Positions 1 through 10,158 of a stretch of DNA of 64,000 nucleotides are shown piece after piece (within the stretch, counting starts at the first letter, position 1; the number at the start of each line of letters is the position of its first letter). The DNA comes from a bacterium. GTDB lineage: Bacteria > UBA8248. A model generated the notes under the pieces. That model was not told the origin of the DNA. It did not search any database and was given only the letters and a program-made list of their open reading frames with translations. Position numbers and translations under genes: made by a program. The stretch lies in assembly GCA_965225985.1 (NCBI GenBank), contig OZ245330.1:3612983-3676982 (forward strand), written 5' to 3'.

Positions 1-443
1 AACAACATGATATGAGAGTAAGTCGGATCGTATAATCATTGGAATCCATAATCAACATGGGAGCTGTTGGTATGATTCGACATTTCCCATTTGATTCCTT
101 GAATAGGCTCATTCTAGGCCAAAATGGCCATTCCAGGCCAAGCTCCGATTCTGGGTACGCAATTCGGATTCAAGACCCCATCTCCTCATCCAGGCTTGGG
201 CGGGTTTCGGTATACTTTCACTCATGCCTCTGCTTCGCAGACGCACCTCTCCCTGCGAGCAGTTTCTCCTCCCCTGAATTCCCCTCGGTCACGACGGTTG
301 TGCCACCGGACGAAGCCGCCCCCGCGGTACCCCCTCAACCCCGTTCTCCCCGCGGTTTCATGTTATCTTTCCCAGCCGGGCGTGGACTCCCGGCACAAGC
401 TCCCGGGAGGGATGGGTCATCGGGCGCAAAACGGAGGGGGACC

Positions 444-602
444 GTGCCGAGGATGACAGCGGGGCGCTACATCGCCGAGTTCTTCCTGGCCTACAGGGTG
501 CGGGCGGTCTTCTTCGTTCCGACCATCCTGAGCCGGCCGCTGGCCGAGATGGACGAGATGCCCATTAAGCGGGCGCTGGCCCCCGTGGCCTGGACCGGCT
601 AG
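444..602 (+). pseudogene. N-terminal remnant of a thiamine-pyrophosphate-binding (acetolactate synthase-like) protein
   Basis: MTAGRYIAEFFLAYRVRAVFFVPTILSRPLAEMD resembles the start of TPP enzymes; GGAGG SD upstream; stops after about 50 codons. Confidence 0.4.
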
Positions 603-690
603 CCGGCCCGGGGCGCCCGCCGCGCGGGGGAGGAGAGGTTTATCGGATGGCAGAGGAAAAAAAAAGGGCCTGGGCCCGCCCGGCGAGGGG

Positions 691-2078
691 GTGAGCCGGT
701 CCATCACGCTGCCCGGCCCCCTCCTGAAGCTGAACCAGGCCCTCGCCTATCACCGGGCGGGGCGCCTCCAGGAAGCGGAAGGCCTCTACAACGAGATCCT
801 CCGGGCCGATCCCGATCACACGGACGCGAACCACCTCCTGGGCGTGATCGCCTCCCAGGCCGGGAGGTACGGCCTCGCGATCCGCCACATCTCCAAGGCA
901 ATCGAGGCCGAGCCCGGCCGCGCCTCCTTTCACAACAACCTCGGGAACGCGCTCCAGGAACAGGGCGGGCTGGAGGAGGCGGCGGCCTCCTTCGGGCGGG
1001 CGGCTCGGGCGGGCGCTCGCCCTCAAGCCCAGCCTCTCCGAGGCCCACAACAACCTGGGGAATACCCTCCAGAAGCTGGGGCGGGTGGACGAGGCGGAGG
1101 CCGCCTTCGCGCGCGCCCTCGCCCTCAAGCCGGACGACGCCACCGCCGAGTTCAACCTCTCCATCGCCCTCCTCCTGAAGGGGGACCTCCCCGGCGGCTT
1201 CCGCCGCTACGAGCCCGGTGGGACACCAAGCGGCTCCGGGACGAGAAGCGGGAATTCGCCCAGCCCGCCTGGGACGCCTCCCCGCTCGGGGACAAGACCA
1301 TCCTGCTCCACGCCGAGCAGGGGATCGGCGACACCCTTCAGTTCGTCCGCTACGCCCGGCGGGTCGCCGAATACGGCGGGCGGCGCATCCTGGAATGCCA
1401 GAAGGAGCTGGTGAAGCTCCTCGCGCCCCTGCCCGAGATCGACGCCGTCATCGCGCCGGAAGAGGAGCCCCCGCCTTCGACTTCCACGCCTCCCTGCTGA
1501 GCCTGCCCCACATCCTCGGCACCACGCTGGAGACCATCCCCCGCGAGGTTCCCTACATCCCCGCGCCCGAAGATCCCCCGGCCGCCGCCGGGGCGCTTGC
1601 CGGAGGCGGCGGCCTCCGGGTGGGCCTCGTCTGGGCGGGCAACCCGAGCCACCCGAACGACCGGAACCGCTCAATCCCCCTGCGTGAATTCGAAGCGGTC
1701 CTCGAGACGGAGGGCGTCCGTTTCTTCGGCCTCCAGGTGGGGGAGCAGAGGGAGGAGATCGCCGGGTCCGGCCTGGAAGGGCACATCGAGGACCTCGGCG
1801 GCTCGCTGGCGGACTTCGCCGCCACCGCCTCGGTCATCGCGCGGCTGGACCTTCTCATCTCGGTGGACACCGCCCCCGCCCATCTCGCGGGCGCGATGGG
1901 GAAGGCGGTCTGGACCCTGCTCCCCTTCGCCCCCGACTGGCGCTGGATGCTCGACCGGGAGGACTCGCCCTGGTACCCCACCATGCGCCTGTTCCGCCAG
2001 AAGCGGATCGGGGACTGGGAGGGGACGCTCCGGGAGGTGAAGAAAAACCTGGAGCGGATGGCCCGCCCGGCGGAATAG
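691..2078 (+). CDS. TPR-repeat protein with C-terminal glycosyltransferase family 9-like domain (frameshifted)
   Basis: Pieces in three frames: TPRs (HNNLGNAL), EQGIGDTLQFVRY, RVGLVWAGNP, DLLISVDTAPAHLAGAMG, DWRW..SPWYPTMRLFRQ; shifts near 1000-1020, 1215 and 1470. Confidence 0.85.
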
Positions 2079-2096
2079 GAATTCCCCCGGCGTGAG

Positions 2097-3994
2097 GTGC
2101 TCGGAATGACAGAAGCGAACCGGGAGGAGTCCGGCCCGCCCCGCGCCGCCCTCCTGCTGAACGAAGCCCTCGCGCACCACAAGGCGGGGCGCCTCCAGGA
2201 GGCGGAAGAGGGGTATCGCGAAATCCTCCGGGCCGACCCGGACCACGCCGAGGCGAACCACCTCCTGGGCCTGGCGGCCTTTCAGGCGGGAAGGCACGGC
2301 CCGGCGTCCGAGCACATCTCCCGGGCCATCCGCTCCAACCCCGGGCAGGCGCAATACCACAAGAACCTCGGAAACGCGCTCTTCGAGCAGGGCAGGCTGG
2401 AGGAGGCCACCGCCGCCTTCGAGCGGGCGGTCGCCCTCGCGCCGGACTTCCCGGAAGCCCAGAACAACCTGGCCACCGCCCTCCGGAAAGGGGGCCGCGC
2501 CGGCGAGGCGCGGGCGGCGCTCGAGCGCGTCGCGGCGGCCCATCCCGAATACGAATCGGCGCACCAAAACCTGGGGACCCTCCTCCTCGATGAGGGGAAG
2601 CCGGAGGAGGCCCTGGCCGCCTTCGGGCGGGTGATCGCCCTCCGGCCGGACCGCGCCGAGGCCCATTATTTTTCGGGATGCGCCCGCCGGGACCTGGGGA
2701 GGACCGCCGAGGCCCTGGCCGCCTTCGAGCGGGCAATCAAGTTCAAGCCGGACTACCCGGACGCCCACAACCTGCGCGGGGCCACCCTCCAGGAAAAGGG
2801 CCGGCCCGAGGAGGCGCTGGCCGCCTACGAGCGGGCGATCGACCTCCGGCCGGACTTCGTGGACGCCCACAACAACCGGGGAAACGCGCTCCAGGCCCTG
2901 GGGCGGCTGGAGGAGGCCCTGGCCGCGCACGGGCGGGCGGTGGCGCTCAGGCCCGACTACCCCGAGGCCCTCACCAGCCTCGGAAACACCCACCTCATGG
3001 GGGGGTGGCTGGAGGAGGCCATGGAGATCTACGGACGCGCGCTCGCCATCGACCCGGACTTCGGCCTGGCCAATTTCAACCTCTCCCTCGCCCTCCTCCT
3101 CCGGGGAGATCTCCCCGCCGGGTTCCGCCGGTACGAATCGCGCTGGGAGACCGACCGCCTCCGGCCGAAGAAGAAGGATTTTCCGCAGCCCGCCTGGGAC
3201 GGATCGCCCCCCCGGGGAAAAACCGTTCTGCTCTACATCGAGCAGGGGATCAGCGACACCTTCCAGTTCGTCCGCTACGCGAAGTGGGTCGCCGGGCTGG
3301 GCGCAAAGGTGGTCCTCGAATGCCAGCCCGGCCTGGAGGCGCTCCTGGCCCCCGCCGCCGGGGTCGGGGCCGTCTGCGCGCAGGGGGAGGCCCTCCCCGC
3401 GTTCGACCTTCACGCCTCCCTGATGAGCCTTCCCCTTCTGCACGGAACCACGCGGGAGACCATCCCCGCCGAGGTCCCTACCTGCGCCCCCCGCCGGACC
3501 CGCCCGCGGTCTGCGGCCGGATCTCGGAGGTCCCCGGCTTCAAAGTGGGCCTCGTCTGGGCGGGGAACCCCACCCACGCCAACGACCGGAACCGGTCCAT
3601 CGCCCTCGGGCGGCTCGCCCCGCTGCTCGACGCGGAGGGGGTCCGCTTCTTCGGCCTCCAGGCGGGGGAGCGAAGCGGGGAGATCGCCCGCCTCGGCCTC
3701 GGGGACCGGATCGAGGATCTGAGCGGCGAGCTGAAGAATTTTTCCGCCACCGCATCGGTCCTGGAGCGCCTGGACCTTCTCGTCTCGGTGGACACCGCCC
3801 CCGCCCACCTCGCCGGGGCGATGGGCCGGCCGGTCTGGACGCTGCTGCCCTTCGTCCCCGACTGGCGGTGGATGCAGGAGGGGGAGGACTCCCCCTGGTA
3901 CCCCACCATGCGCCTCTTCCGGCAGAGGCGGCTCGGGGACTGGGAGGAGACCGTCGGAAGGGTGAAAAAAGAGCTGGAGCGCATGGCGGGATAG
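2097..3994 (+). CDS. TPR-repeat protein with C-terminal GT9-like domain, paralogue of the upstream gene (frameshift near 3480)
   Basis: Multiple TPRs, EQGISDTFQFVRY, then KVGLVWAGNP/VDTAPAHLAGAMG/SPWYPTMRLF in the 2678..3994 frame. Confidence 0.88.
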
Positions 3995-4001
3995 GCGCCC
4001 G

Positions 4002-4178
4002 GCGCGGCTGGCGGCCGGGCGGCAAGCGGTCGGGTTCTTCACCTCCTCCACCCGGACGTCGAACCGCCTTTTCCGCCAAGAATTCGGATGGGCCCCGGGG
4101 CATCCCACCATCGAAGAGGGGCTGGGCGAGCTCGCCGCGGCCCGGAAGGCCGAGGGGTTCCCTCCCTCGGGCGGCTGA
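4002..4178 (+). pseudogene. C-terminal remnant, probably of an NAD-dependent epimerase/dehydratase
   Basis: Manual translation ARLAAGRQAVGFFTSSTRTSNRLFRQEFGWAPGHPTIEEGL, like extended-SDR C-termini; no start codon. Confidence 0.35.
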
Positions 4179-4226
4179 AATTGCGGTAAAATATATCCCT
4201 CCACACTTTCATCGGGAGAGCCGGCC

Positions 4227-5636
4227 ATCGAACCGGTAAAGCGCAAGCTCACCACCATCCTCAGCGCCGACGTGAAGGGCTACAGCCGCCTCATGGCCGA
4301 GGACGAGGAGGCCACGGTCCGCACCCTGACGGCCTGCCGGGAGGTGATTTCCGCGCACATCGAAAAGCACGGGGGGCGGGTGGTGGACTCCCCGGGGGAC
4401 AACCTGCTCGCCGAGTTCGGGAGCGTGGTGCGCGCGGTCGAGTCCGCGGTGGAGATCCAGCGGGCGCTCAAGGAGCGGAACGCGGCGCTTCCCGCGGAGC
4501 GCCGGATGGAGTTCCGGATCGGGGTCAACCTGGGCGACGTGGTGGTCGAGGGGGACCGGCTCTACGGAGACGGGGTGAACATCGCGGCCCGGCTGGAAGG
4601 ACTCGCCGAGGGCGGCGGGGTCTGCATCTCGGGCGACGCCTACCGCCAGGTGAAAAACAAATTGGACATCGGCTTTGAAGATTTGGGCGGGCAGGAGGTC
4701 AAGAACATCGCCGAGCCGGTCCGCGCCTACCGGGTCAAGCTGGAGGGCGGCGGCCCGGGGCCCGCGGCGCCCGCGGGCGATCCGTCGAAATTGCAACAGG
4801 AGGTCCGTTTCTGCACGGCGTCCGACGGGGTACGCATCGCCTACGCCACCGTCGGCCAAGGATCGCCGCTGGTCAAGGCGGCGAACTGGCTCAACCACCT
4901 CGAGTACGACTGGCAGAGTCCCGTGTGGCGGCATCTGCCGCGGGAGCTCGCCCGGGATCGCCTGCTCGTCCGCTATGACGAACGGGGCAACGGCCTCTCC
5001 GATTGGGAGGTGGACGACATCTCCTTCGACGCATTCGTTCTCAATCTGGAGACGGTCGCCGACGCCGCCGGCCTGGAGCGTTTCCCACTCCTGGGAATCT
5101 CGCAAGGATGCGCCGTCTCGATCGCCTATGCCGTGCGGCATCCGGAACGCGTAACGCACCTCGTGCTGTACGGCGGATACGCCAGCGGCCGGCGGATACG
5201 CGGCTCGCCGGAGGAGATCGAGCAGGCGGACGCGATGCTCACCCTCATGCGGCACGGATGGGCCCAGGAGAATCCCGCCTTTCGGCAGATCTTCACCACG
5301 CGCTTCATCCCCGAGGCGACGGCGGAGCAGATTCAGTGGTTCAACGACCTCCAGCGGATCACCGCCCCGGCGGAGAACGCGGTCCGCATTCGCCGTGCCT
5401 GTGATGAGATAGACGTAGGATCCATGCTTCCCGAGGTCAATGTTCCGACGCTCGTCCTGCATTGCCGAGATGAAGCGGCCGTGCCGTTCGCCGAGGGTCG
5501 TGAGCTGGCCGCGATGATCCCAGGGGCCCGGTTTGTGGCTCTCGAAGGACGGAACCACATAATCCTCGAGAACGAACCCGCCTGGCCCCGGTTCCTGGAG
5601 GATGTCAGAAACTTTCTCGGTTCAACACACCGATGA
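4227..5636 (+). CDS. Class III adenylate/guanylate cyclase fused to an alpha/beta hydrolase
   Basis: KRKLTTILSADVKGYSRLM, GDNLLAEF, RIGVNLGDV, GDGVNIAARL; then RYDERGNGLSD, GISQG nucleophile elbow, GRNH; the frame extends upstream of the listed GTG to ATC at 4227 after GGAGAG. Confidence 0.9.
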   Translation: MEPVKRKLTTILSADVKGYSRLMAEDEEATVRTLTACREVISAHIEKHGGRVVDSPGDNLLAEFGSVVRAVESAVEIQRALKERNAALPAERRMEFRIGVNLGDVVVEGDRLYGDGVNIAARLEGLAEGGGVCISGDAYRQVKNKLDIGFEDLGGQEVKNIAEPVRAYRVKLEGGGPGPAAPAGDPSKLQQEVRFCTASDGVRIAYATVGQGSPLVKAANWLNHLEYDWQSPVWRHLPRELARDRLLVRYDERGNGLSDWEVDDISFDAFVLNLETVADAAGLERFPLLGISQGCAVSIAYAVRHPERVTHLVLYGGYASGRRIRGSPEEIEQADAMLTLMRHGWAQENPAFRQIFTTRFIPEATAEQIQWFNDLQRITAPAENAVRIRRACDEIDVGSMLPEVNVPTLVLHCRDEAAVPFAEGRELAAMIPGARFVALEGRNHIILENEPAWPRFLEDVRNFLGSTHR

Positions 5637-5724
5637 CTTTCCCTTCCTGAACGAGGGGCACGCCGAGGCGGGCCGGATGGAGAAGGCCCCCCGGCGGCGA
5701 CCGTTCCCCCCTCCCCCCTTTCCT

Positions 5725-5767
5725 GCTACATTCGCGGCATACGCTCAGCTACATTCGCGGCATACGC
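5725..5767. repeat. Direct repeat GCTACATTCGCGGCATACGC x2 (23-bp period), upstream of the amidohydrolase
   Basis: Exact 20-mers at 5725-5744 and 5748-5767. Confidence 0.9.
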
Positions 5768-5812
5768 CGCCAGCGGTTTTTTCTTTCCCGCACTCCCTAT
5801 GAGGAGCCGTCC

Positions 5813-7201
5813 ATGTCCGCGGAATCCCCCCTCCCCGGCGTCCCGTTGGACTTCGGCGTCCCGTTGGACCCCGGCGTTCCGGTGGAGGCCATCGCCGAAA
5901 GGGCCGAGGCGCTGCACCCCGAGGCGGTGGCCTTCCGCCGGGACCTGCACCGCCACCCCGAGCGGGCCTGGACCGAGTTCCGCACCACCGCCAAGCTCGC
6001 CGGGCGCCTGCGCGAAATGGGCCTCGAAATCCGGCTGGGGGAGGAGGTCATCAAAAAAGAGGTGCAGGACGGCCTCCCCCCTGGGGAGACGCTAGCGGAA
6101 GCCTACGAGACGGCCCGGCGGGACGGGCTCCCGGAGGACCTCCTCGCCCCCCAGCGGGGCGGGTGCACGGGGGTGATGGGCGTCCTGGAAACCGGAAGGC
6201 CGGGCCCCACGGTGGGGATGCGCTTCGACATCGACGCGAACATGGGCGAGGAGTCGGCCGCCCCGGAGCACCTTCCCGCCCGGGAGGGCTTCGCCTCCGC
6301 CCGGCCCGGCCTCATGCACAACTGCGCCCACGACGGCCACGCGACGGTGGGCCTCTTCACGGCGGCCATCCTCGCCGGGCTCCGGGATTCGCTCTCGGGC
6401 CGGGTGAAGTTCATCTTCCAGCCCGCCGAGGAGGGAATCCGGGGGGCCGAGCCCATGACCGCAGCCGGGCTGGTGGACGATGTGGATTTCTTCCTCGCCC
6501 CCCACATCGGGATCAGCGCGCTGCGCACCGGAAAGGTGGTGTGCGGGACGGACGGCTTCGCGGCCAAGACCTCGATCGAGGCGCGCTTCCGGGGGCGGAT
6601 CGCCCACACCGGCCTCGAGCCCGAAAAGGTCCGGAACGCCACCCTAGGCGTCGCCACCACTATCGAGCGCATCCACGCCCTCGCCGATCCCCTCAACCCC
6701 TCCCGGGTGATGTGCGGCTACATCAGCGCCGGAAACCCCAAGGGAACGGTGGCCGACCGGGCGGAGATGTTCATCGCGGTGCGGGGAGCCACCAACGCCG
6801 AGAACGGCCGCCTGCGCGAGGAAACTTTGGAGATCATCCATGAAGCGGCCGAGCGCCACGGCCTCGGCGTGGAAACCGAGATCGTGGGAAGGTGCGTGAG
6901 CGCGGAAAGCGACGAGGAGTTGGCCCGCGTCGTGGCGGCGGCGGCCGCCGCCACCGGGGATTTTGACGAAATTGTCCCCTACGGCCCCTTCGGCGCCGCC
7001 GAGGACGCCACCTACATGATGGAGCGCGTGCAATCGCGCGGGGGGAAAGCCTCTTATCTTCTCCTCGGCACCGAGCTTCCCGAGGGACACCACCGGCCCC
7101 GGTTCGACTTCAACGAGGGGCTCCTCCTGACCGGCCCCAAGCTCTTCGCCGCCGCCGCCTGCCGCCTGCTGGCGGGGGGAGGTGACCGCGTAATTAAATA
7201 A
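5813..7201 (+). CDS. M20 family amidohydrolase (AbgA-like)
   Basis: RRDLHRHPE, RFDIDA, MHNCAHDGH, FQPAEEG, AEDATYMM, HHRPRFDFNE. Confidence 0.9.
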   Translation: MSAESPLPGVPLDFGVPLDPGVPVEAIAERAEALHPEAVAFRRDLHRHPERAWTEFRTTAKLAGRLREMGLEIRLGEEVIKKEVQDGLPPGETLAEAYETARRDGLPEDLLAPQRGGCTGVMGVLETGRPGPTVGMRFDIDANMGEESAAPEHLPAREGFASARPGLMHNCAHDGHATVGLFTAAILAGLRDSLSGRVKFIFQPAEEGIRGAEPMTAAGLVDDVDFFLAPHIGISALRTGKVVCGTDGFAAKTSIEARFRGRIAHTGLEPEKVRNATLGVATTIERIHALADPLNPSRVMCGYISAGNPKGTVADRAEMFIAVRGATNAENGRLREETLEIIHEAAERHGLGVETEIVGRCVSAESDEELARVVAAAAAATGDFDEIVPYGPFGAAEDATYMMERVQSRGGKASYLLLGTELPEGHHRPRFDFNEGLLLTGPKLFAAAACRLLAGGGDRVIK

Positions 7202-7274
7202 AAATTCCGTACAATCATAGGTTAAAAAGGCTAATCTATCTTGCAAAATGGACTAGACAGCTAAAAGACAAAAT

Positions 7275-8264
7275 ATGGGCGACTCTATAGAAGACCTCAA
7301 AAAAGAGTATGAAGAAACCGCACACCTTGCAGAACGATTTTCCGTAGCCCTGCAAGAACAACTCGAAGAACTCTTTTTAGTCAACAAGATATCTTTGGGT
7401 GTCCAAATTGAAAGGCGAGTTAAATCATGGAATTCAATTGCGGAGAAATTGGAGCGAAAGTCCCTTGAAATTGAAAGTATCGGAGAAATTTCGGATCTAG
7501 TGGACCTTAGGTTAATTCTCTTATTTAAAAGGGACGTTTTGAAAACATGCGAGCTGCTCTCGGAGTCTTTCAGTGTACTTGAAAAAGAGGATACCCAAGA
7601 GAAACTTGGAGAAAGCCAATTTGGTTATCAATTCTTTCATTATCTAATAAAAATGCCAAAAGGTTGGTTATCCGTCCCTTCACTGGCACCCTTTGAAGCG
7701 CTTCAAGCTGAGATTCAAATTCGGACAGTCGCGCAACATATATGGGCCGCAGCCTCCCACGCCCTTCAATACAAACACGAATCTAGCATCCCACCCCCGA
7801 TTCTCCGAACCATTAATCGAGTTTCAGCTATACTGGAAACCGTGGATTTGGAGTTCGAGCGCGTTTTGGAAGAACGGGAAGTTTATGTTTCCGATGTGGA
7901 TCTCGATGTCACCCCAGAACCTTTGAACGTAGATATTCTTGAAAAAATTCTTGATTCCCTTTTCCCCCAGGAAAATAAAATAGACGATGAAACCTATGCT
8001 GATCTTTTGCCTGACCTAATGGAATTCAAGATCGAAAGATCCGATCAATTACAAGAATTAATAAAAAAGAATCTGAATGCCACAATCAACAAAGATGCTG
8101 AAACTGCCAGGGGACTCCGGGAAAAAGACCCAGAATATGCTCATTATGTAGTAAAAAGAGAACGGAAGAATAAAAATGCATTCTTTTCACATGTTGGATT
8201 GATGCGAAGTGCACTTGAATTCGAATTCGGTCCAAAGTGGATAAATTATAGGAAATCAAAATGA
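7275..8264 (+). CDS. RelA/SpoT synthetase-domain protein (small alarmone synthetase-like)
   Basis: RVKSWNSIAEK, SDLVDLR, FGYQFFHY, EIQIRTVAQHIWAAASHALQYK; AT-rich relative to neighbours. Confidence 0.85.
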   Translation: MGDSIEDLKKEYEETAHLAERFSVALQEQLEELFLVNKISLGVQIERRVKSWNSIAEKLERKSLEIESIGEISDLVDLRLILLFKRDVLKTCELLSESFSVLEKEDTQEKLGESQFGYQFFHYLIKMPKGWLSVPSLAPFEALQAEIQIRTVAQHIWAAASHALQYKHESSIPPPILRTINRVSAILETVDLEFERVLEEREVYVSDVDLDVTPEPLNVDILEKILDSLFPQENKIDDETYADLLPDLMEFKIERSDQLQELIKKNLNATINKDAETARGLREKDPEYAHYVVKRERKNKNAFFSHVGLMRSALEFEFGPKWINYRKSK

Positions 8265-8477
8265 AAACAAAGAAAAGTAAAAATTGAAAAACCCTCGTAA
8301 AAAAACAAAAGAAAAAATAGTAACGTATGGCCCCACGTGCACAGGTAATTCCCCCCCCGGCCCTCGCTCACCGCTCGGCGAGGGCGCAGGCGCCCTTTTC
8401 CTTTTCGCTTTTTCCGAAGGATTTGTGCGAGAAGCGGATTCGGCGGAGCTGGCCGGCGAGGTAGCGCCTGAAGCCCA

Positions 8478-9506
8478 TCAAAGCGATTCCGGGATAACCT
8501 TCCACCGCCCTGGGCGGGGCGGGGGGTCGGACTCCCCCACGGCGTCCACCTCGAAGCCGAGGTCGGCGATCATGCGGTGGGCGTCCTCGGGGAGCTGGCC
8601 GGGTGTGGTGAGGTAGCCGTCCACGAAAATGGAGTTGGCGGGAAAAAGGGCCAGGGGCTGGAGATGGCGAAGCTGGACCTCGCGCCCCCCGGCCACGCGG
8701 ATCTCCGCGCGGGGGTTGAAAAAGCGCATCAGGCAAAGAATTCTCAGGCAGACGGCCGGGCCGAGGGGGGGGAGGGCCTGGAGCGGGGTCCCGGGGATGG
8801 CGTGGAGAAAATTGACCGGGATGGACTCGGGCGCAATCGCCCGCAGCGCCGCGCACACTTCCAGGATGTCCTCCCGGCTCTCCCCCTGGCCGAAGATGGC
8901 GCCCGTGCAGAGCTCGAGCCCGGCGCCCCGGGCGGCCTCGAGCGTCGAGACGCGGTCCCGGTAGGTGTGGGTGGTGCAGATCGAGGGGTGGAAGCGCTCG
9001 CTCGTGTTCAGGTTGTGGTTGAGCCGGTCCACCCCCGCCTCGGCCAGGCGGCGCGCGTTCGCGCCGTCGAGGATTCCCAGCGAGCAGCAGATGCTCAGGC
9101 TGTGGGCGGATTTGATCCGCCGCACCGCGGCGGCGATGCGGCCGACCTCCTCGCGGGTGGGGCCCCGCCCGCTGGCCACGATGCAGTAGCGGCGCGAGCC
9201 CGCCGCCGCCGCCCGCTCCGCCCCGGCGAGGAGCGCTTCCTCGTCCACCAGCCTGTAGCGGGCGACGTCCGCGCCGGAGACCGAGGACTGCGAGCAATAG
9301 GCGCAATCCTCGGGGCAGAGGCCGCTCTTCGCGTTGATTAGAAAATGGATCTGGACCTTCCGGCCGAAATAGCGGCGGCGCACCTGGAAGGCCGCGTCGA
9401 GAAGGGGGAGCAAATCCTCGTCCGGGGCGTTCAGGACCGCCGTGGCCTCCTCGCGCAGGGGCGCTTCGTCGGAAAGGGCGCGCTCGGCGAGCCCGCGGTA
9501 GTCCAT
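8478..9506 (-). CDS. bioB: Biotin synthase
   Basis: NAKSGLCPEDCAYCSQS radical-SAM motif, NHNLNTS, PESIPVNFL, ANSIFVDGYLTT; ATG at 9506 with GGAGG. Confidence 0.95.
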   Translation of the reverse strand: MDYRGLAERALSDEAPLREEATAVLNAPDEDLLPLLDAAFQVRRRYFGRKVQIHFLINAKSGLCPEDCAYCSQSSVSGADVARYRLVDEEALLAGAERAAAAGSRRYCIVASGRGPTREEVGRIAAAVRRIKSAHSLSICCSLGILDGANARRLAEAGVDRLNHNLNTSERFHPSICTTHTYRDRVSTLEAARGAGLELCTGAIFGQGESREDILEVCAALRAIAPESIPVNFLHAIPGTPLQALPPLGPAVCLRILCLMRFFNPRAEIRVAGGREVQLRHLQPLALFPANSIFVDGYLTTPGQLPEDAHRMIADLGFEVDAVGESDPPPRPGRWKVIPESL

Positions 9507-9697
9507 CCCGCCTCCTCCCTCAAAAAAGATCGGCCGGTCGCGAGGCAAATTACGGCCCGCCGCGCAATATTGCAACGCCCGCCCGTATGGGCGGGCCGCG
9601 CTTCGAGGCGAATCGGGGAAAGGCGAATCTCCGTGAACAGTAAAGACGAAAGAGCGGATTTCCGGCCGCCCGGAATGGCGGGAGGTCTCAGGGGGGG

Positions 9698-10063
9698 CTA
9701 GACGAACCCGAAGGGGGGAACGGCATCCCGCATTTCCCCGGCCAGACTCTCCAGCGCTATCTCGAGCTCGTGCGCCCGCCCCTCGTTCAACTTCACGTTC
9801 AGCCCGATCTCCCAGGAAGGGGGATCGGTTTCTTTGTTTTTTATCCAAACGACATGCCCTTCGCATTTCTCGAATACATCATCCGTAATGTGAAGCGTGC
9901 ACATGACCACGGAATGGAGATTCGGCTTCCGGGTCACCAACATCTTGAATCCTCCCACGCTTACGTCCTCCGGAACGATGGGGTGGAAGGAAAGGTCCGG
10001 CGCATCAATTGCAACCGGGATCTCGAACCGGCGGTGATTGCGTCGTTCATCATCCTTGGTCAT
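9698..10063 (-). CDS. PilZ domain protein
   Basis: ERRNHRRF (RxxxR) and DVSVGG (DxSxxG) c-di-GMP-binding motifs. Confidence 0.8.
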   Translation of the reverse strand: MTKDDERRNHRRFEIPVAIDAPDLSFHPIVPEDVSVGGFKMLVTRKPNLHSVVMCTLHITDDVFEKCEGHVVWIKNKETDPPSWEIGLNVKLNEGRAHELEIALESLAGEMRDAVPPFGFV

Positions 10064-10158
10064 TCTGCAAAATCTCCCTGCCCGCCTGATTCGTCCGGTC
10101 CCGCCCGGGCTTTGCGGAAACCGTCTGAAGTGGTCGCCTGTTTTTCGCCGAAGGTCTC

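Noticed and set aside
1-230. AT-rich gene start on the minus strand at the window edge
   Set aside because: No continuous frame or recognisable motif could be assigned.
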